Part shown: positions 11,246 through 24,410 of the stretch, in pieces
Layout: each line of letters begins with the position of its first letter
How positions within the stretch are numbered: the first letter of the stretch is position 1
From: Trypanosoma brucei
Lineage: Eukaryota
Length of the DNA stretch: 64,000 bases
NCBI GenBank assembly: GCA_000002445.1
Contig: CP000071.1
Coordinates: forward strand, 160,001 to 224,000
Direction: 5' to 3'
Position numbers and translations under genes: made by a program
The notes under the pieces: generated by a model
Told to the model about the DNA's origin: nothing
Seen by the model: only the letters and a program-made list of their open reading frames with translations
Database searches by the model: none

Positions 11246-12337
11246 CAACGTAACCATCCGCCTGAACGAAAATAAAAGAAACCGGATAACTTGCCGATAC
11301 CCAGTCGCCCAACAGAAGTGTCACATGCAATTCGTATGGGGATGTTTGCCCGTTATTTTCGATTAGTCCATTGAGCATAATGTCCCTCAGCGATTACAAG
11401 GTGAAGAACATCACGAAGACTCTAACAGGTTGCCACAAACTCCAACACAATCATTTCATGTATTTGCCGCATCCTCGTACGTGAAAACTCCCAGCATACG
11501 GCCTTTTTTCTTTTTGCCCACCCGGTTATTGCGAATGAAACCCTCAACAATCGAATTTTTTTACCTCCCAGGCACACCTACCCTTAACTTCAGGGTGCTG
11601 TGAGGTTAGCGACGAATAAAGAAAATGCTTTGAAAGCGTCAGTAACTTGTAATACGTAGTATAACGCACATTACGTTTTCATTTTTCTTTTTAACATTCT
11701 TAGGATATGCTGCAGAAGTAAAGTAATAAAGAAAGGGAAGAGTTCAAATTCTAAACGTGGTTGAACTACCACATGCATGTAGAGGAAAGTCGAAAACCAA
11801 AGGAAATGAAAGTGTCAAAACTATCAATACGTCTATAGCAGAAAGAGAAAAGGGAGTAATTTTAGCACAATGTTTACTTCCTCCTCACCCTACGTTCTCC
11901 ACTCGACGGCTTCACGAATACAAAATCGGTAATATCTGAGGATGGAGTCAGCTCGCTGAAGCTACTTAAATAACCGTTTTCTTTCTTTCGATCGAAGTTC
12001 TGTATGTCTTCCGACTACTTACGTCGAATAATCACTAAAGTAGTGCATCTGTTACTCAGACACGCGCTCATTTTTAGATCAATGTTTTATCCGAACCATC
12101 TCTAACTTGCCAAAAAATGACAAAAAACACGCACATACGGAAAAAAAAACTAAAGTACACAATAAATGTATGCATATGTTTTCATTGCTCTATTATTACT
12201 ATTTGTTTATTAACCCAAACTCCGTGAGTTTCTTCCTTCCACAAATGACCTCTCTATAAGCAATCTCTTCTTTTTTTTTGTATCGCCAGTTAGACCGTTT
12301 TCATAATCTATAAGAATCCCCACGTATGTGAGTGTTC

Positions 12338-14983
12338 TCAAAACTGTGTGCCAACCCCCACACGCTGCTTTTCATTGAGTGTGAGGAACGATGACACAAT
12401 AACTGTTACCACACTATTTAACTCTTCCAAAATACCAACTGCAACGGCGCCCAAACTATTTCCTCTACTGCTCGTACCGCCGCTGGCATTAAAAGAAACC
12501 GGCCTCCCCCCTTGTGTTATGCCATCCCTTGTGTTCTTACTGGCAAGCGCTGTAACTACTTGAAGTCCTTTAGCCACACGTTTTGAAAGGAGTGCCAACT
12601 GTTTAACAAGACTACTTCGTGTTTGTAGAATAAATTCAAACGTATTGCGTACTTGTTTTAGGTAGGCTTCGTCGTTAGCGGAAGGATTCGTTTGCCCAGT
12701 GAGAATGTTTATGTCGCCGAACAGTTGGAGATTCTTGAGCACACCGAAGAGTGGATCCTCAACAGAAGGTTTGTTTTCTGAAGAATTTCTCGTAGTTGCA
12801 TCCACAATGGAACCAACAACGGTGTTAAGGGCATTTCCAGGGGTTTCATCCATTTGCTTCGCTGTAATGGTGCCACTTGGTGTGGGGTGGAAATCACCAG
12901 TCTCAACACCACTGGCGGCATTCATAAAGTTCACAGATGACAGGAGAATAGGCAAGGTTTTCTTCAGGAAGGAGAAATTTTCGGCAGTTTCACCCTCATC
13001 TCGCGCAAGCAGCATAAGTTTGTCATATATAGGATCATTTGTTGATCCTGCCAACGGGTGCTGCAGGTACGCGAGTAACTGCTCATACACATCCGGATCG
13101 CAATCACGCAGGGACTGCAAGTAACGTGAAAGAGGCCCATTGCGCTCAAGAAGTGCAGACTTGGTGCCTTCATCATCGCTAATGTAGAACTTGTCGGGAT
13201 TGTTCAACATTGTCGCGTTTAAAAGGGCAATCAAATGAGGATCAACAACTTTGTCTGCTAGCTTGCGACGGAAGCCATTTAGCAGTACTGCCATATCTCG
13301 TTCTTCCTCTTCTTTGCGTCGAAGTGTGTACTCCATGGAACTCAGTAGTGTCCCTAACAGCTCATTCTTCTTTCGTAGTTCTTCCAGTTCGTTGCTTAAT
13401 GCGACACCACCGTCACGGGACGAACAAAACTTATAAGCGTCCGTGACGCCTTTAGTTTGCAATCCCTGTGCTGTCGCTCTGTGTAAGCGATCATATTCCC
13501 CGCGGACATGCTCTAATTCCAACGATTTGTCCCTCAGTTGCCTCTCCAAGTGCAATTTCTCTGTGTTCCTGGCCGCCAACTGTTGTTCCACATCTGCCTT
13601 CTCTTTAATCTTCTCAGAGACGTCCGCACGCGCTTTTGAGGCTTCCGTTGCCGCGTTGTTCAGGTCATTTCGGGTCATGTTAAACTGTCTTTCAGCGCCA
13701 TCGGCACGGGCGTTCGCGTCGGCCAATTCCTTGTTGAGTCGTTTCACTTCGCTCTCCAGCTCCTTTATGCGAGTGCTTGATGACACGATTTCAACCTCCT
13801 TTTCTTTTTCTAAATCATCTACACTTACTAGCCTTAAACGCAACTCCTGCGCTTCGTTACGCGCGGCTTGAAGCTCTTCTTGTAACTTTGTAACGGTCAC
13901 TCCAGCGGCAGCCACGCGGGTTGCGAGTTTGCTGTTTTCAAAACTCAGTAAACATTTGGCATCCTCCACAATTTTTTCTTGTTCATGCGGACCCATCGCC
14001 GGTGTCGACTGCGATGGCACGTAGTAACCAGCAACATCCCATATGTGAGCCACACTATCATTTCCAATCGTCCATGCGCGGACTGTTTCCGCAACATAAA
14101 CCCGCGCCGCCCCGTAGATAAAGGCGTCGTGGGCGCCATTCACGCGGATTAGCACTTCGTATGTATGAGCATTAACTACGGCAACCACTCTGCAGTGTGT
14201 TGTTACCAGCACTTTCCCAGTGATTGCCTGCAACGACGTGACAGCTTCCTTTCCAATCAATACCCGGCTCTTCAGAGTAAACAATACAGGTTCCAATGAC
14301 CTCCTTTCCTCGGATTCCGCATCCAATGAATACACACTAATGCAACCACTCCTACGTCCCACCCAAAGGGTTGAGGTTGTAGGTTCGACGAGGAGGCGTG
14401 TAACGTCAGAGTTGTCCTTCAAGTGTTCGACCACCATCTCGCCACTATAAGGATCCCACACTCGAAGCGACCCATCGCCATGTCCGCTAATAATCAAACC
14501 AGCAAAAACTGTCACATCTGCAGCAGGGCTTGAGGAGGTGTAAGCCATCATCTGAGCTTTACTACTTGGATTCCATTGGACTATTCTACCTGTTTCAGAG
14601 GCACCGATGACCGAGTGCCCATCAAAGATTAATGCTGTTATGGGCGCTGCAGTGCCTGTACCCATAATTGCAATTTGACGTTTCCACCGTCTCCTGGTGG
14701 CCTCAAATATGTGAACGACACCTTCAGAACTTCCTGCCCACAATTCATGGTTTACCAATACCATACACTTGAAGTGCACGCGATTGTTACCTTCGGCAAC
14801 GGCAATGCGCTCCAACAGTTGGCCGTCTTGTGCATTGTGCACAGCGACACCACCTTTAAGTTCGGCCACCCAAACAACTTTACCGACAACACAACAGCAA
14901 CGAGCATTGCATTCGAACGTCCCTACGGGTGCAAGAGGGAACGTTGCCGTGGAATCACCTCCACCAGCCTTTTTGGGACCCAT
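12338..14983 (-). CDS. WD40 beta-propeller protein with long C-terminal coiled-coil
   Basis: 881-aa ORF. The N-terminal ~380 aa show WD-like repeats (GH/WD dipeptides: HIWDV, RVWDP, VQWNP). The middle region is a heptad-rich E/K/R/L coiled-coil. Confidence 0.6.
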   Translation of the reverse strand: MGPKKAGGGDSTATFPLAPVGTFECNARCCCVVGKVVWVAELKGGVAVHNAQDGQLLERIAVAEGNNRVHFKCMVLVNHELWAGSSEGVVHIFEATRRRWKRQIAIMGTGTAAPITALIFDGHSVIGASETGRIVQWNPSSKAQMMAYTSSSPAADVTVFAGLIISGHGDGSLRVWDPYSGEMVVEHLKDNSDVTRLLVEPTTSTLWVGRRSGCISVYSLDAESEERRSLEPVLFTLKSRVLIGKEAVTSLQAITGKVLVTTHCRVVAVVNAHTYEVLIRVNGAHDAFIYGAARVYVAETVRAWTIGNDSVAHIWDVAGYYVPSQSTPAMGPHEQEKIVEDAKCLLSFENSKLATRVAAAGVTVTKLQEELQAARNEAQELRLRLVSVDDLEKEKEVEIVSSSTRIKELESEVKRLNKELADANARADGAERQFNMTRNDLNNAATEASKARADVSEKIKEKADVEQQLAARNTEKLHLERQLRDKSLELEHVRGEYDRLHRATAQGLQTKGVTDAYKFCSSRDGGVALSNELEELRKKNELLGTLLSSMEYTLRRKEEEERDMAVLLNGFRRKLADKVVDPHLIALLNATMLNNPDKFYISDDEGTKSALLERNGPLSRYLQSLRDCDPDVYEQLLAYLQHPLAGSTNDPIYDKLMLLARDEGETAENFSFLKKTLPILLSSVNFMNAASGVETGDFHPTPSGTITAKQMDETPGNALNTVVGSIVDATTRNSSENKPSVEDPLFGVLKNLQLFGDINILTGQTNPSANDEAYLKQVRNTFEFILQTRSSLVKQLALLSKRVAKGLQVVTALASKNTRDGITQGGRPVSFNASGGTSSRGNSLGAVAVGILEELNSVVTVIVSSFLTLNEKQRVGVGTQF

Positions 14984-15387
14984 CGCTATTTGATTGCACG
15001 CCTTTAGAACCCTCCACCGACCCTCGGTTTAAACAACTTTTTTACCGTCGCCGCAACGCTCTTCCCTTTCTCGCTTGGTCACTTATGAACATACGAAAAT
15101 AAAAAGCGATGTGGTTCAAGGGAGGAGACTAGTACATACGACAGTGTGTTGCAAAGAAACATGATACGACGATGCCCAAGGGCAGAACAACAACAAGAAA
15201 GGCAAATAAACAACAGTGCAGCGTGATGGCGTGTAAGTTCACACTCTTCAAACTGTAGAGTTCTGTCCTCAGTTTTCTGACCCCATTGTTAAGTGACCGG
15301 TTTTGTCAAATCTTTCACAGCCTCCTTTTAGAAGTTAATGGTTCATATAGTGCTTAAGAACTGCAAAGATTAACACCATGTTGCTTC

Positions 15388-16575
<1,188 letters not shown>

Positions 16576-16865
16576 CTAGAAGAATAGAGTTCTTCACCAG
16601 TCGTTTACTATTTTTGTATTCCTTGCCCTACTAATTCTACCAATTGCCTTTTCCCTTCTGTAGCCTTGTAGTTTCAGTTTCCCTCGCACCGCTAAGTTCC
16701 GCACAATAGAAAAAGAGAACTACGGGACATAGATAAGACATCAAGTAAAAAAGTGTGAACGTGAAGTATATCAAACCACAAAGGAAATTTATTATTTTTT
16801 TTTCGCTCTTTCTGCTGGGACAGCAGTTCGACAATCTCCAGGTAACGATAAAATGTAGTAATGAT

Positions 16866-18404
16866 TTAATAACTTATGGGGTAGAAGACGTTTTTACGGC
16901 GCCAGACATCCAACACAGCTTGTAGAAAACGTTGGATGACATCGTGACTGCGTTCTCTTTCTTCCGCCAAAGAGATTACAGAGCCCACAGCCTCACCATT
17001 TCTGGAACCACCAGCAGAAAGCTGGGAAATAATAGCGGGCAAACCACTAATAATTTGTGAGCACTCCAAATCAATTGCCGCCGCCAAAACCGAACATTTC
17101 CCCCCCATATCAGCAAATACGTTATCAACGTACCTGCCCTCAACTAAGTACCGAAGCAGGCAAGAGAACCATGGCTGCTCCGGCGCCGGCTCCCCTTGTT
17201 TTATCCAATAAGCCGTTATGGATGTCACACGGCGATTTTCAATGAGTGTGATAATGTCCACACGTGTGCACGACTGTAATAACCACGCTATTAATGAAGG
17301 GGGAAGAGCTGCATGTTTAGAGAAGGTCTCCTCCGATGCAAGGATGTCCGCTAATGTGATCGCAACGCGCGTTTCAAACTTAGGCATGTTAAAAAGCCAA
17401 CCAAGAGATTGCAGACGCACACATTCCTCGCGCACTGTTTTGGATGCCCCGGCGCAGGGACGTCTGTTTTCACCATCGATCATCACCGTTCCGTCCGCTA
17501 TGGCTTTGGTAGTGTCCAGCGTAAAAACAGCAGCAGTTTCCCTGCATTCGCGAGTTCGCTTTGACTCCACCGTGTCCACGTTATCGCCAAAGTTCAGAGG
17601 GTTAGTCTCCCATGGAGCCTTATGCGCCAAAATATCCCACGAGTGCTCAACAAAGAATCCCGCCATGGATCTTAAGATGAAATTAACGGGGTCTGCGCTT
17701 GCCGAATCGGTCAGAACACCGGCTTCCTTTAGTGTTGTCGTGCGCGAGCAGACAGATCCCACAGCCGCCGTGGTGAAGGATATGTAATCCCCCTCGCGCT
17801 TCAAGTATTTACCCAACCGACTACCTGACGAGGAAACCAATAATGTAAAGTGATGGCAAGCAATATCCCTCTGAACGCGCATTGCTGAACCCGTGATCTT
17901 CATTTCGTCGAGAAATAAATCGTGTCTCTTCGTCGTTGTTATTCGCTCGGGGCCGATCCCGAATTCTCGGCAAAGGTGCCAGCGTAACAGCTGAATAGAT
18001 CGCTTCGGTTCATAAGTGTCACGATGAGTGAACACAGAAAAACTGACATTTCCCAAATCATGGTAAACTGCACCACCACCGGAGTTGCGGCGCGCAATGC
18101 TCACGCCATCGTGATGTGCTGCTCGCAGAGCAACTTCAGAGAATATGTTTTGGTTGCGCCCGACAACCACACAAGGTTTGTTAACGTACATGAGGAGAAG
18201 GGCCTCCTGCCGCCGTAGAACGACACCACGAAGAAGTGCCTCCTCAGTGGCGAGATTGTCATAAATGACATCCGAGTTCGATATGAGTGCCACGCTTCGC
18301 TGTTTGTCCGATAGCAGCCGGTCAGAACGAATTGAAGCGCCGTGGCGGTTCACAAAATCCAATAGAGATATCGTGGGGCGCAGAGACAGTCTGGCAGCGC
18401 GCAT
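16866..18404 (-). CDS. lipoate-protein ligase (LplA family) with C-terminal extension
   Basis: LplA signature VVVGRNQNIFSEV...ARRNSGGGAVYHDLGN, including the RRxxGGGAVYHD motif that binds the lipoyl-AMP lysine. 512 aa. Confidence 0.8.
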   Translation of the reverse strand: MRAARLSLRPTISLLDFVNRHGASIRSDRLLSDKQRSVALISNSDVIYDNLATEEALLRGVVLRRQEALLLMYVNKPCVVVGRNQNIFSEVALRAAHHDGVSIARRNSGGGAVYHDLGNVSFSVFTHRDTYEPKRSIQLLRWHLCREFGIGPERITTTKRHDLFLDEMKITGSAMRVQRDIACHHFTLLVSSSGSRLGKYLKREGDYISFTTAAVGSVCSRTTTLKEAGVLTDSASADPVNFILRSMAGFFVEHSWDILAHKAPWETNPLNFGDNVDTVESKRTRECRETAAVFTLDTTKAIADGTVMIDGENRRPCAGASKTVREECVRLQSLGWLFNMPKFETRVAITLADILASEETFSKHAALPPSLIAWLLQSCTRVDIITLIENRRVTSITAYWIKQGEPAPEQPWFSCLLRYLVEGRYVDNVFADMGGKCSVLAAAIDLECSQIISGLPAIISQLSAGGSRNGEAVGSVISLAEERERSHDVIQRFLQAVLDVWRRKNVFYPISY

Positions 18405-18689
18405 TGCATCTGTATGCGCACCTCACCTCCTTCCTTCTACACACAACAAAAACAATGGGAACGTTAAACACACGAAGACAGACACATAAGCAAGATTGCT
18501 GGTACTCACAACCGATTAAATAATAGTAAGCAACATTTTTACTGTGAGGGGATCAAGTCAAACCGCGCAGCACACCACGTTCAAAAGATGGGCGAGTGTT
18601 TTCCTCATCGCTGGTTCATGCCGACGTGGAACAACAACAACGCATAAGTGGTTTTTTTTTTGCGTCATTGGATTTGACAGATCAAACAA

Positions 18690-18775
18690 GGAAGAGGGAG
18701 AGAGAAAAAACTGTCTGCAGGCAACGAAGAGTACAGGCACATCAATGAAAAAAAAGGAGGGAAGAAAAGTGTAAG
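18690..18775 (-). promoter_or_regulatory. polypyrimidine tract (coding strand) upstream of lipoate-protein ligase CDS
   Basis: Plus strand is A/G-rich (caaggaagagggagagagaaaaaactg...gaaaaaaaaggagggaagaaaagtg), so the minus strand is CT-rich. It lies between the Dpy-30-like stop and the LplA start. Confidence 0.35.
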
Positions 18776-18807
18776 ACTGGGCACAACACAGCAGCCACGG
18801 CAATTTA

Positions 18808-19149
18808 TCACATATCGGATTTCGGTGCCTCCACCGGTGTTACATTTCTAGGATCAACTTCTGTTGCGGTGTTACTCTGAGAGTGACGAAGAAGGAAGAG
18901 TGCCAAGTGATCTATTGGATTAGCGGGCCGAAGGCGGCAGAGATCCTCTAAACCTTCCGTCAATACGGCCATTACATGAGTCTCCAGATACTCCGGTACA
19001 CTGAGTGGTTTTGGTAAATCATCAGAGGGGCCGGAACACATACCTTCCCTGTTTGGTGTGGGACCCCGCGTTTGATTCTGCACGTCCGTAGCGGGTGAGC
19101 CGGGTTCACCAAAAGATGCATGAACAGTGGCTTCACTCTTCCCCTCCAT
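18808..19149 (-). CDS. DPY-30 / RIIa-type dimerisation-docking domain small protein
   Basis: 113 aa. The C-terminal segment VPEYLETHVMAVLTEGLEDLCRLRPANPIDHLALFLLRH resembles the Dpy-30 motif. Confidence 0.5.
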   Translation of the reverse strand: MEGKSEATVHASFGEPGSPATDVQNQTRGPTPNREGMCSGPSDDLPKPLSVPEYLETHVMAVLTEGLEDLCRLRPANPIDHLALFLLRHSQSNTATEVDPRNVTPVEAPKSDM

Positions 19150-19691
19150 GTCTGTGGTACTATTCTCTTTTTAATTCTTCCTTTACCAGCACTACTCCAG
19201 TAGTTCAAATTTTTTTTTTTGTAAAAAAAAAAAAGATGACACAAGGAAAAAAACGGGTAGCTGTTGATTGACACACGGTTGGACTGTTTTAACACAGGTA
19301 CCACATCAAACGTAAAGTAGAGAACGAGAGGGTAGTTAAGGGTTAAGAGAATCAGTTAATCCGTTACACAAACAGCACACGGTTCCACTTTCATCATCGA
19401 TGCGATGTGCGTTAGGACGTCTTTTCTTTCCTTCTTTCCTGTTTTTTTTAATCTCTCATTCAAATAATGCGAATGCCAACACAAATGTGTCAACCATACT
19501 TACTCCTTTGATGTGTATTTCATCATTTGGGCGCGTGGGTACAACACACAAACACACACATGCACACAAACATTGCCAATGCATTCTTCTCTCCCCGCCG
19601 TGTTTGCGATACCCTACGGTACTAGCATCAACCCTGCGTGAGAGTACCTGCCAAACAAATGCCAAGAAAAAATTACCGCACCATAATAACC

Positions 19692-22600
19692 TCAATCATA
19701 CTCCGTCAGAAGTTTCAGACTCAATCCTTCGATAACAAAGCAGCCGAGAGCATCCATCAGAAGGATTTGAAGAAAGCGTTCGCGAAATTCCTTAGAGGGG
19801 AAAGCTACAATCTCGAACGATTGATTTAAGGTAGGATCCATTTCTGAGGCGAAGTAAAAGACAGCAAGAGCCAATACGACCAACGAGTAGAACATTGGTC
19901 TATTCTTTCTGATACTCTGCATGAAAGGCTCGCCCCTGTAATTAACAGCAAATGTGACACCACCAATAAGTGTGGTGAGTAAGAACATTGCCGAATTCAG
20001 TAAAGTTGGCTTGAACTCCCCTTCAGCACCCGCTTGCCTCATCGTTGCCACGCCCTCCGCATCTGCCTCCTCCACCAACCGCACGGTTTCCACCATGCTA
20101 TATAAGTGCAAGCCAAACTGCATAAAAATGGTGCACATCATGTAAGGGTGGAACACCTTCGTGATCGGTCTCTGAGGACAGAGTGTGGGCATTGGTTGAC
20201 TTTTCGACATGCACAGGAAGCAAACTGTGAGAATAATACCTGACAGAATCATTTGACTTTCACCGTGCTTCACACCATCCATTTGCAGCACGGACATCGA
20301 ATACGCAGAAGTGAGACAGTTAAGAGCGAGAATCTTGTACATTTGCAGCGTTGTTACGAGTGTGCTACGACCGAGGCGGACAATATCGCAAACGGATGTC
20401 AGCGCCCTGGAGCGACACGTGAAGGGAGCGGCTATGGAAGCATCACCCAACTTAACTTGCGGTGCTCCACCCATATCCGCATCGTCAGCGTTAAAAATGG
20501 ACTCCATAAGAAAGTCAGAAGCGGGAGCATTCATCTCAGGTTGGGAAGCAACCTTTCCTGCCTCTGCCGTTTTCCTCGACTTTTTGCTCTCCTCCAGTTG
20601 TTTGTTCCAGCGAGCGATCTGAACAATTTCCGCCCTGCGACGGGCTTGGGCCATTTTATGCCTTACCTGCTCCATGAACGGTGCATCAGCCGATGGAGCC
20701 GGAGGAACGACCGTCAACTTAAAACCTGGGGGAATTTTATGATCTTTGGGGACATCAGGTTCATTGTGTGGCTCGTTAGAGTTATGCTCTCCGCTGCCTC
20801 CAACGTTTTGGGACGCGTCCATCGACGTGGCGTTGAGAACGGCTATGCCCGCATGCGCCTGCTTGAGGGCGCCAACATCATTTGTACCATCACCCGCCAT
20901 AAGCACCATGTGTTCCTTTTGCTTAAGATCAGTAACAATATCTTCCTTATGCGTGGGTGCGCAACGGGCCCACACTGCTATGTGTTCGCTGTATTGTGCA
21001 ATGAGGGTAGCCAAAGTCGTAGTCGGTATTGACTCCGCATTTACGCAGAGATCCCACTCATCATCCGAAGGAACTTTGTGCCGCCTTGTTTGTACAAATG
21101 TTTTCGCAAGGATGCTGCGACGATCAAGGTTTACCTCTTTCCCTGTAGCCGCATCGGTCCATACAATACAATCATCGACTTCGTCCTCTCCATTGCCCTT
21201 TTTTTTCATACTGCTGGCAACAAGTTGTTGGCGACACTTTAGTATTGTTACGTCCCGTCCCACCGATATAGCCGTTTGTACGCTGTCGCCCGTAATAATA
21301 ACACAACGGTGACTTCCACTCTGAAGCATTTCAATAGTGTCTTTGGCATCTTTCTTGAGTGGACACTGAAAAACAGCAAGTCCAGCAAATATCAAATTCT
21401 TCTCACAATCCTCTCGGTCCATGTTGTGAATGGCTTCCTTTGACCGCTCTTCCTCCTTAAGGGGACGATACGCAAGTGCGATAACGCGATAGCCCTTAAT
21501 GGCGTGTGCATTAGCTACAGAATGAAAGTCCGGAGGTATACTTTCACACAGTTGAGCAATGGCTTCCGGCGAACCCTTAGCCACAACATACTTTCCGTCC
21601 GGAGCACTTACAATACATGGCATACGCCTCAGGTTAGCCAGGAACGGAAACCTTACAAGTATTTTGTATTGTTTTTCGAAACCGCTGTTATTTTTTCGAT
21701 TTTGGGACTTGCTTGAGCCAGAGGTTTCATTCTTACTACTACCGGTGGTACTTTTCCCTTTGACGTCCTCCTTTTGAGCCGGTGGGTCGTACACCACAGT
21801 GTCATCAATGTTTACCCTGTAGCCAAGGGCTCCGAGGGACGCCTTTTCCATAGCATCACCAGCGACTGTGTCCGTGCCCTCAAGTTGAAGTAGAGAGTGG
21901 CATGTGACTAGTACTAATTCGGCTTTGGGTGGAACTGTTTTGAGTGTATTCAAAAGACCTTTGCCATCTGCCATGTCAACACCACTAAAGAGCATTTCAT
22001 CTGTGGTGAGAGTCCCAGTCTTGTCAAAGCAACATGTGTCCACTTTGCCAGCATATGGAATGCGGAATGGTTCAGTACAGAATACGTTTTGTTTGACAAG
22101 ACCAAGTAGGGCAGTGTTGACAGCCAGTGTAAGTTCCATAGGAAGCTCAGGTGGTACGACAGCGGTGATAATTTGAATGCACGCAAGAAAAAGCTTCCAC
22201 CGATCGCGATTGGGGTCTTCGAGTCCACGCTTGAGGAGGTAGCCAGAAGCCATCAACGCAAAGACAAGAAGCAGTCCGATGAAACCAAAAGCCTCCCCAT
22301 TGTTTTCACTGGCCCGTTCCTGGCTGTGAAGTATGGTGCGCAGAAGCTTTCCCTGTTTAGTTTCGAATCCCGTCTTGAGTACAACAGCCAAAGCTCTTCC
22401 GCGTTCTGTGTCGCTCTGGCCGTGCGGACCGTTACTGAGCAGTAGCTGTGTGCCTGAGTAAAGAAGATGACGCGCATGCTTCTTCATCTCCAGTGGAAGA
22501 TTCGCAGCGTCAATTGCCTCTTTCAACTGCGGTGTCGACTCACCCGTAAGCATTGCCTCATTCACAATGCATGTGCCGCGGACCAAAATAACATCAGCAG

Positions 22601-23477
22601 GACAAGGTGCGTTATTATCAACTACCATCAAATCCATTGGTAGAAGCTCTGTTGTTTTTACACTCACTTCCCTCCCTGCACGCAGTACCGTCACCTGGCG
22701 AACAGGCACTTCGGCCATGCTGCGCAATGTTTTCATATTTCTGATCCGTTGCATGACAATGGTGCATTCCATAGCCACCAGCATCACAGCGGTGAAGAGG
22801 GAATAGTACCAGTACTGATCCAGACACCAAAGAAGAACACAAAACATTTGAAACACAAAAAACGGTGCCAGCGCGTGGTCCACCAAAAGTGTTTGGAAGT
22901 CAGGTATTACCACCTCTGTCTCGTTTCGCCCAAACATGTCAAGTTGCTTACTGCGGTCAGCGGTTGTAGCAAGTCCCTCCCATGCGAAATACATGGAGAG
23001 ATTGTCCTTTGTTGGAAACCGAGGCTTCACAAATTGCTCCGTTACCGCATCCAATTTCCATTTGCGTTGCTGAAACACAAAGCAACACGGGTGATCACTC
23101 GATGCATGAACCAAAGGCACAATCTCTGACTCACCCTTGAATTCCTTTGTACAAACGTAAACATGCGTGGCAGTATCGACCTCCTTTGGGGGTACACAGT
23201 GGAACTGAACAAGTGATCGGAACCGCACAGACCATATCGTAAATAGTGAGAGCAGCCCGTGAAAAAATATTACGATAGGTATACAAACAGCATGAAAGAA
23301 GTTGATGTACGTCCCGTGCACAAGGTATGTCGTACGGTCCCACGCAATCTCCGGGTTGAGATGCAACGTGAATATCACGGCATAGAGAGGTACGAATGGC
23401 CAGATAATTGGCCACGCCGACCAGTGCCGGTGGCGCAACAGCTTGATCTCTTTGATTATGGAATTTTTTGTTATCAT
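19692..23477 (-). CDS. P-type ATPase, P5A subfamily (Spf1/ATP13A1-like)
   Basis: 1261 aa. Phosphorylation motif CFDKTGTLT. M4 motif VVPPELPMELT (PPELP is diagnostic for P5A). Hinge motif GDGTNDVGALKQAHAGIAV. About 10 TM segments. Confidence 0.85.
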   Translation of the reverse strand: MITKNSIIKEIKLLRHRHWSAWPIIWPFVPLYAVIFTLHLNPEIAWDRTTYLVHGTYINFFHAVCIPIVIFFHGLLSLFTIWSVRFRSLVQFHCVPPKEVDTATHVYVCTKEFKGESEIVPLVHASSDHPCCFVFQQRKWKLDAVTEQFVKPRFPTKDNLSMYFAWEGLATTADRSKQLDMFGRNETEVVIPDFQTLLVDHALAPFFVFQMFCVLLWCLDQYWYYSLFTAVMLVAMECTIVMQRIRNMKTLRSMAEVPVRQVTVLRAGREVSVKTTELLPMDLMVVDNNAPCPADVILVRGTCIVNEAMLTGESTPQLKEAIDAANLPLEMKKHARHLLYSGTQLLLSNGPHGQSDTERGRALAVVLKTGFETKQGKLLRTILHSQERASENNGEAFGFIGLLLVFALMASGYLLKRGLEDPNRDRWKLFLACIQIITAVVPPELPMELTLAVNTALLGLVKQNVFCTEPFRIPYAGKVDTCCFDKTGTLTTDEMLFSGVDMADGKGLLNTLKTVPPKAELVLVTCHSLLQLEGTDTVAGDAMEKASLGALGYRVNIDDTVVYDPPAQKEDVKGKSTTGSSKNETSGSSKSQNRKNNSGFEKQYKILVRFPFLANLRRMPCIVSAPDGKYVVAKGSPEAIAQLCESIPPDFHSVANAHAIKGYRVIALAYRPLKEEERSKEAIHNMDREDCEKNLIFAGLAVFQCPLKKDAKDTIEMLQSGSHRCVIITGDSVQTAISVGRDVTILKCRQQLVASSMKKKGNGEDEVDDCIVWTDAATGKEVNLDRRSILAKTFVQTRRHKVPSDDEWDLCVNAESIPTTTLATLIAQYSEHIAVWARCAPTHKEDIVTDLKQKEHMVLMAGDGTNDVGALKQAHAGIAVLNATSMDASQNVGGSGEHNSNEPHNEPDVPKDHKIPPGFKLTVVPPAPSADAPFMEQVRHKMAQARRRAEIVQIARWNKQLEESKKSRKTAEAGKVASQPEMNAPASDFLMESIFNADDADMGGAPQVKLGDASIAAPFTCRSRALTSVCDIVRLGRSTLVTTLQMYKILALNCLTSAYSMSVLQMDGVKHGESQMILSGIILTVCFLCMSKSQPMPTLCPQRPITKVFHPYMMCTIFMQFGLHLYSMVETVRLVEEADAEGVATMRQAGAEGEFKPTLLNSAMFLLTTLIGGVTFAVNYRGEPFMQSIRKNRPMFYSLVVLALAVFYFASEMDPTLNQSFEIVAFPSKEFRERFLQILLMDALGCFVIEGLSLKLLTEYD

Positions 23478-24410
23478 TTCCGCTGATTCACACTCCAGTT
23501 TTCAAATCAAAAGGTTTGGAAACCAGCTTATTTTCCCTCCGTTGTGATGGTATCCAAACAATCCCAAGTCACCCGTTTCAACAAACAGTGAATCAAGGTA
23601 AGAAGTGGGATAACACCTCCTTAGTGGGGTTCGCTTAAAGCAACTCCCTTTCACACCCCTCACTTCTTATTAAAAAATACCGTTAAAACTGTTCGCCCCT
23701 TTTCTGTTTCCTAATGATCTCTTTATTGGATGCGATAAGCTCACGCGACCTAAGAAAGAAATATAGCTCCTTCAGTTTGGAAAAAAAAATGTGTAGAGGC
23801 AGCGGTAAGCATTGCGGGAAAGGGTAGGAAGATAACGGCAGTGCTCAGTCGGGAGTAATAAAAGTTAACGGCACAAGTAGAAGTGTGTATGAGTAGAGCG
23901 GCCTCACCAAAAATTAGGAAGACGAAGAACACAAACACACACGCATATTATATATATATATATTATCTTTGTGATACATCGATAGTGACAAGTCAATCAA
24001 ATTGCACGGTCAGTGTGTCACGTAAGGAGAAAAAGAAAAGGAGAAACTTGCTTAACTTCCTCAAAACTCGTTTGTGATGCAGTTCCAAAGCACTAAACAA
24101 ATACACGAAAACATTCTCATTTTGCGGACAAAGACGAGGTTGTTGGAACTGCTTCCACAACTTTCGGCTTCAGTGCACAAATGCGAACCAAGAAAGGATA
24201 TCATCGTCTTTATCCTGCAAGAAATGACAACCGCTGCACATTAAAACAAAGAAAAACAGAGAGGAAATTGCGTACAGACCTCTTACCTCCGGCTCTTGCG
24301 ACCGGTAATTAGAAAAAGTAAAAGGAAGGTGGGCGAGCGACTGAAAAAAAAAAAAAAGTAATTTCTCTCCTCATCGCCTCAACCGCTAGTGAGCAGCATC
24401 GCAAGTCTCT

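Noticed and set aside
12699-13124. 141-aa plus-strand ORF and neighbouring plus-strand ORFs inside 12338-14983
   Set aside because: Antisense to the WD40 coiled-coil gene. No domain signal.
20253-21032. 259-aa plus-strand ORF (and 20746-21312, 22749-23129)
   Set aside because: It lies entirely antisense within the P5A ATPase CDS and has no motif content. This is typical antisense-frame openness of a GC-balanced gene.
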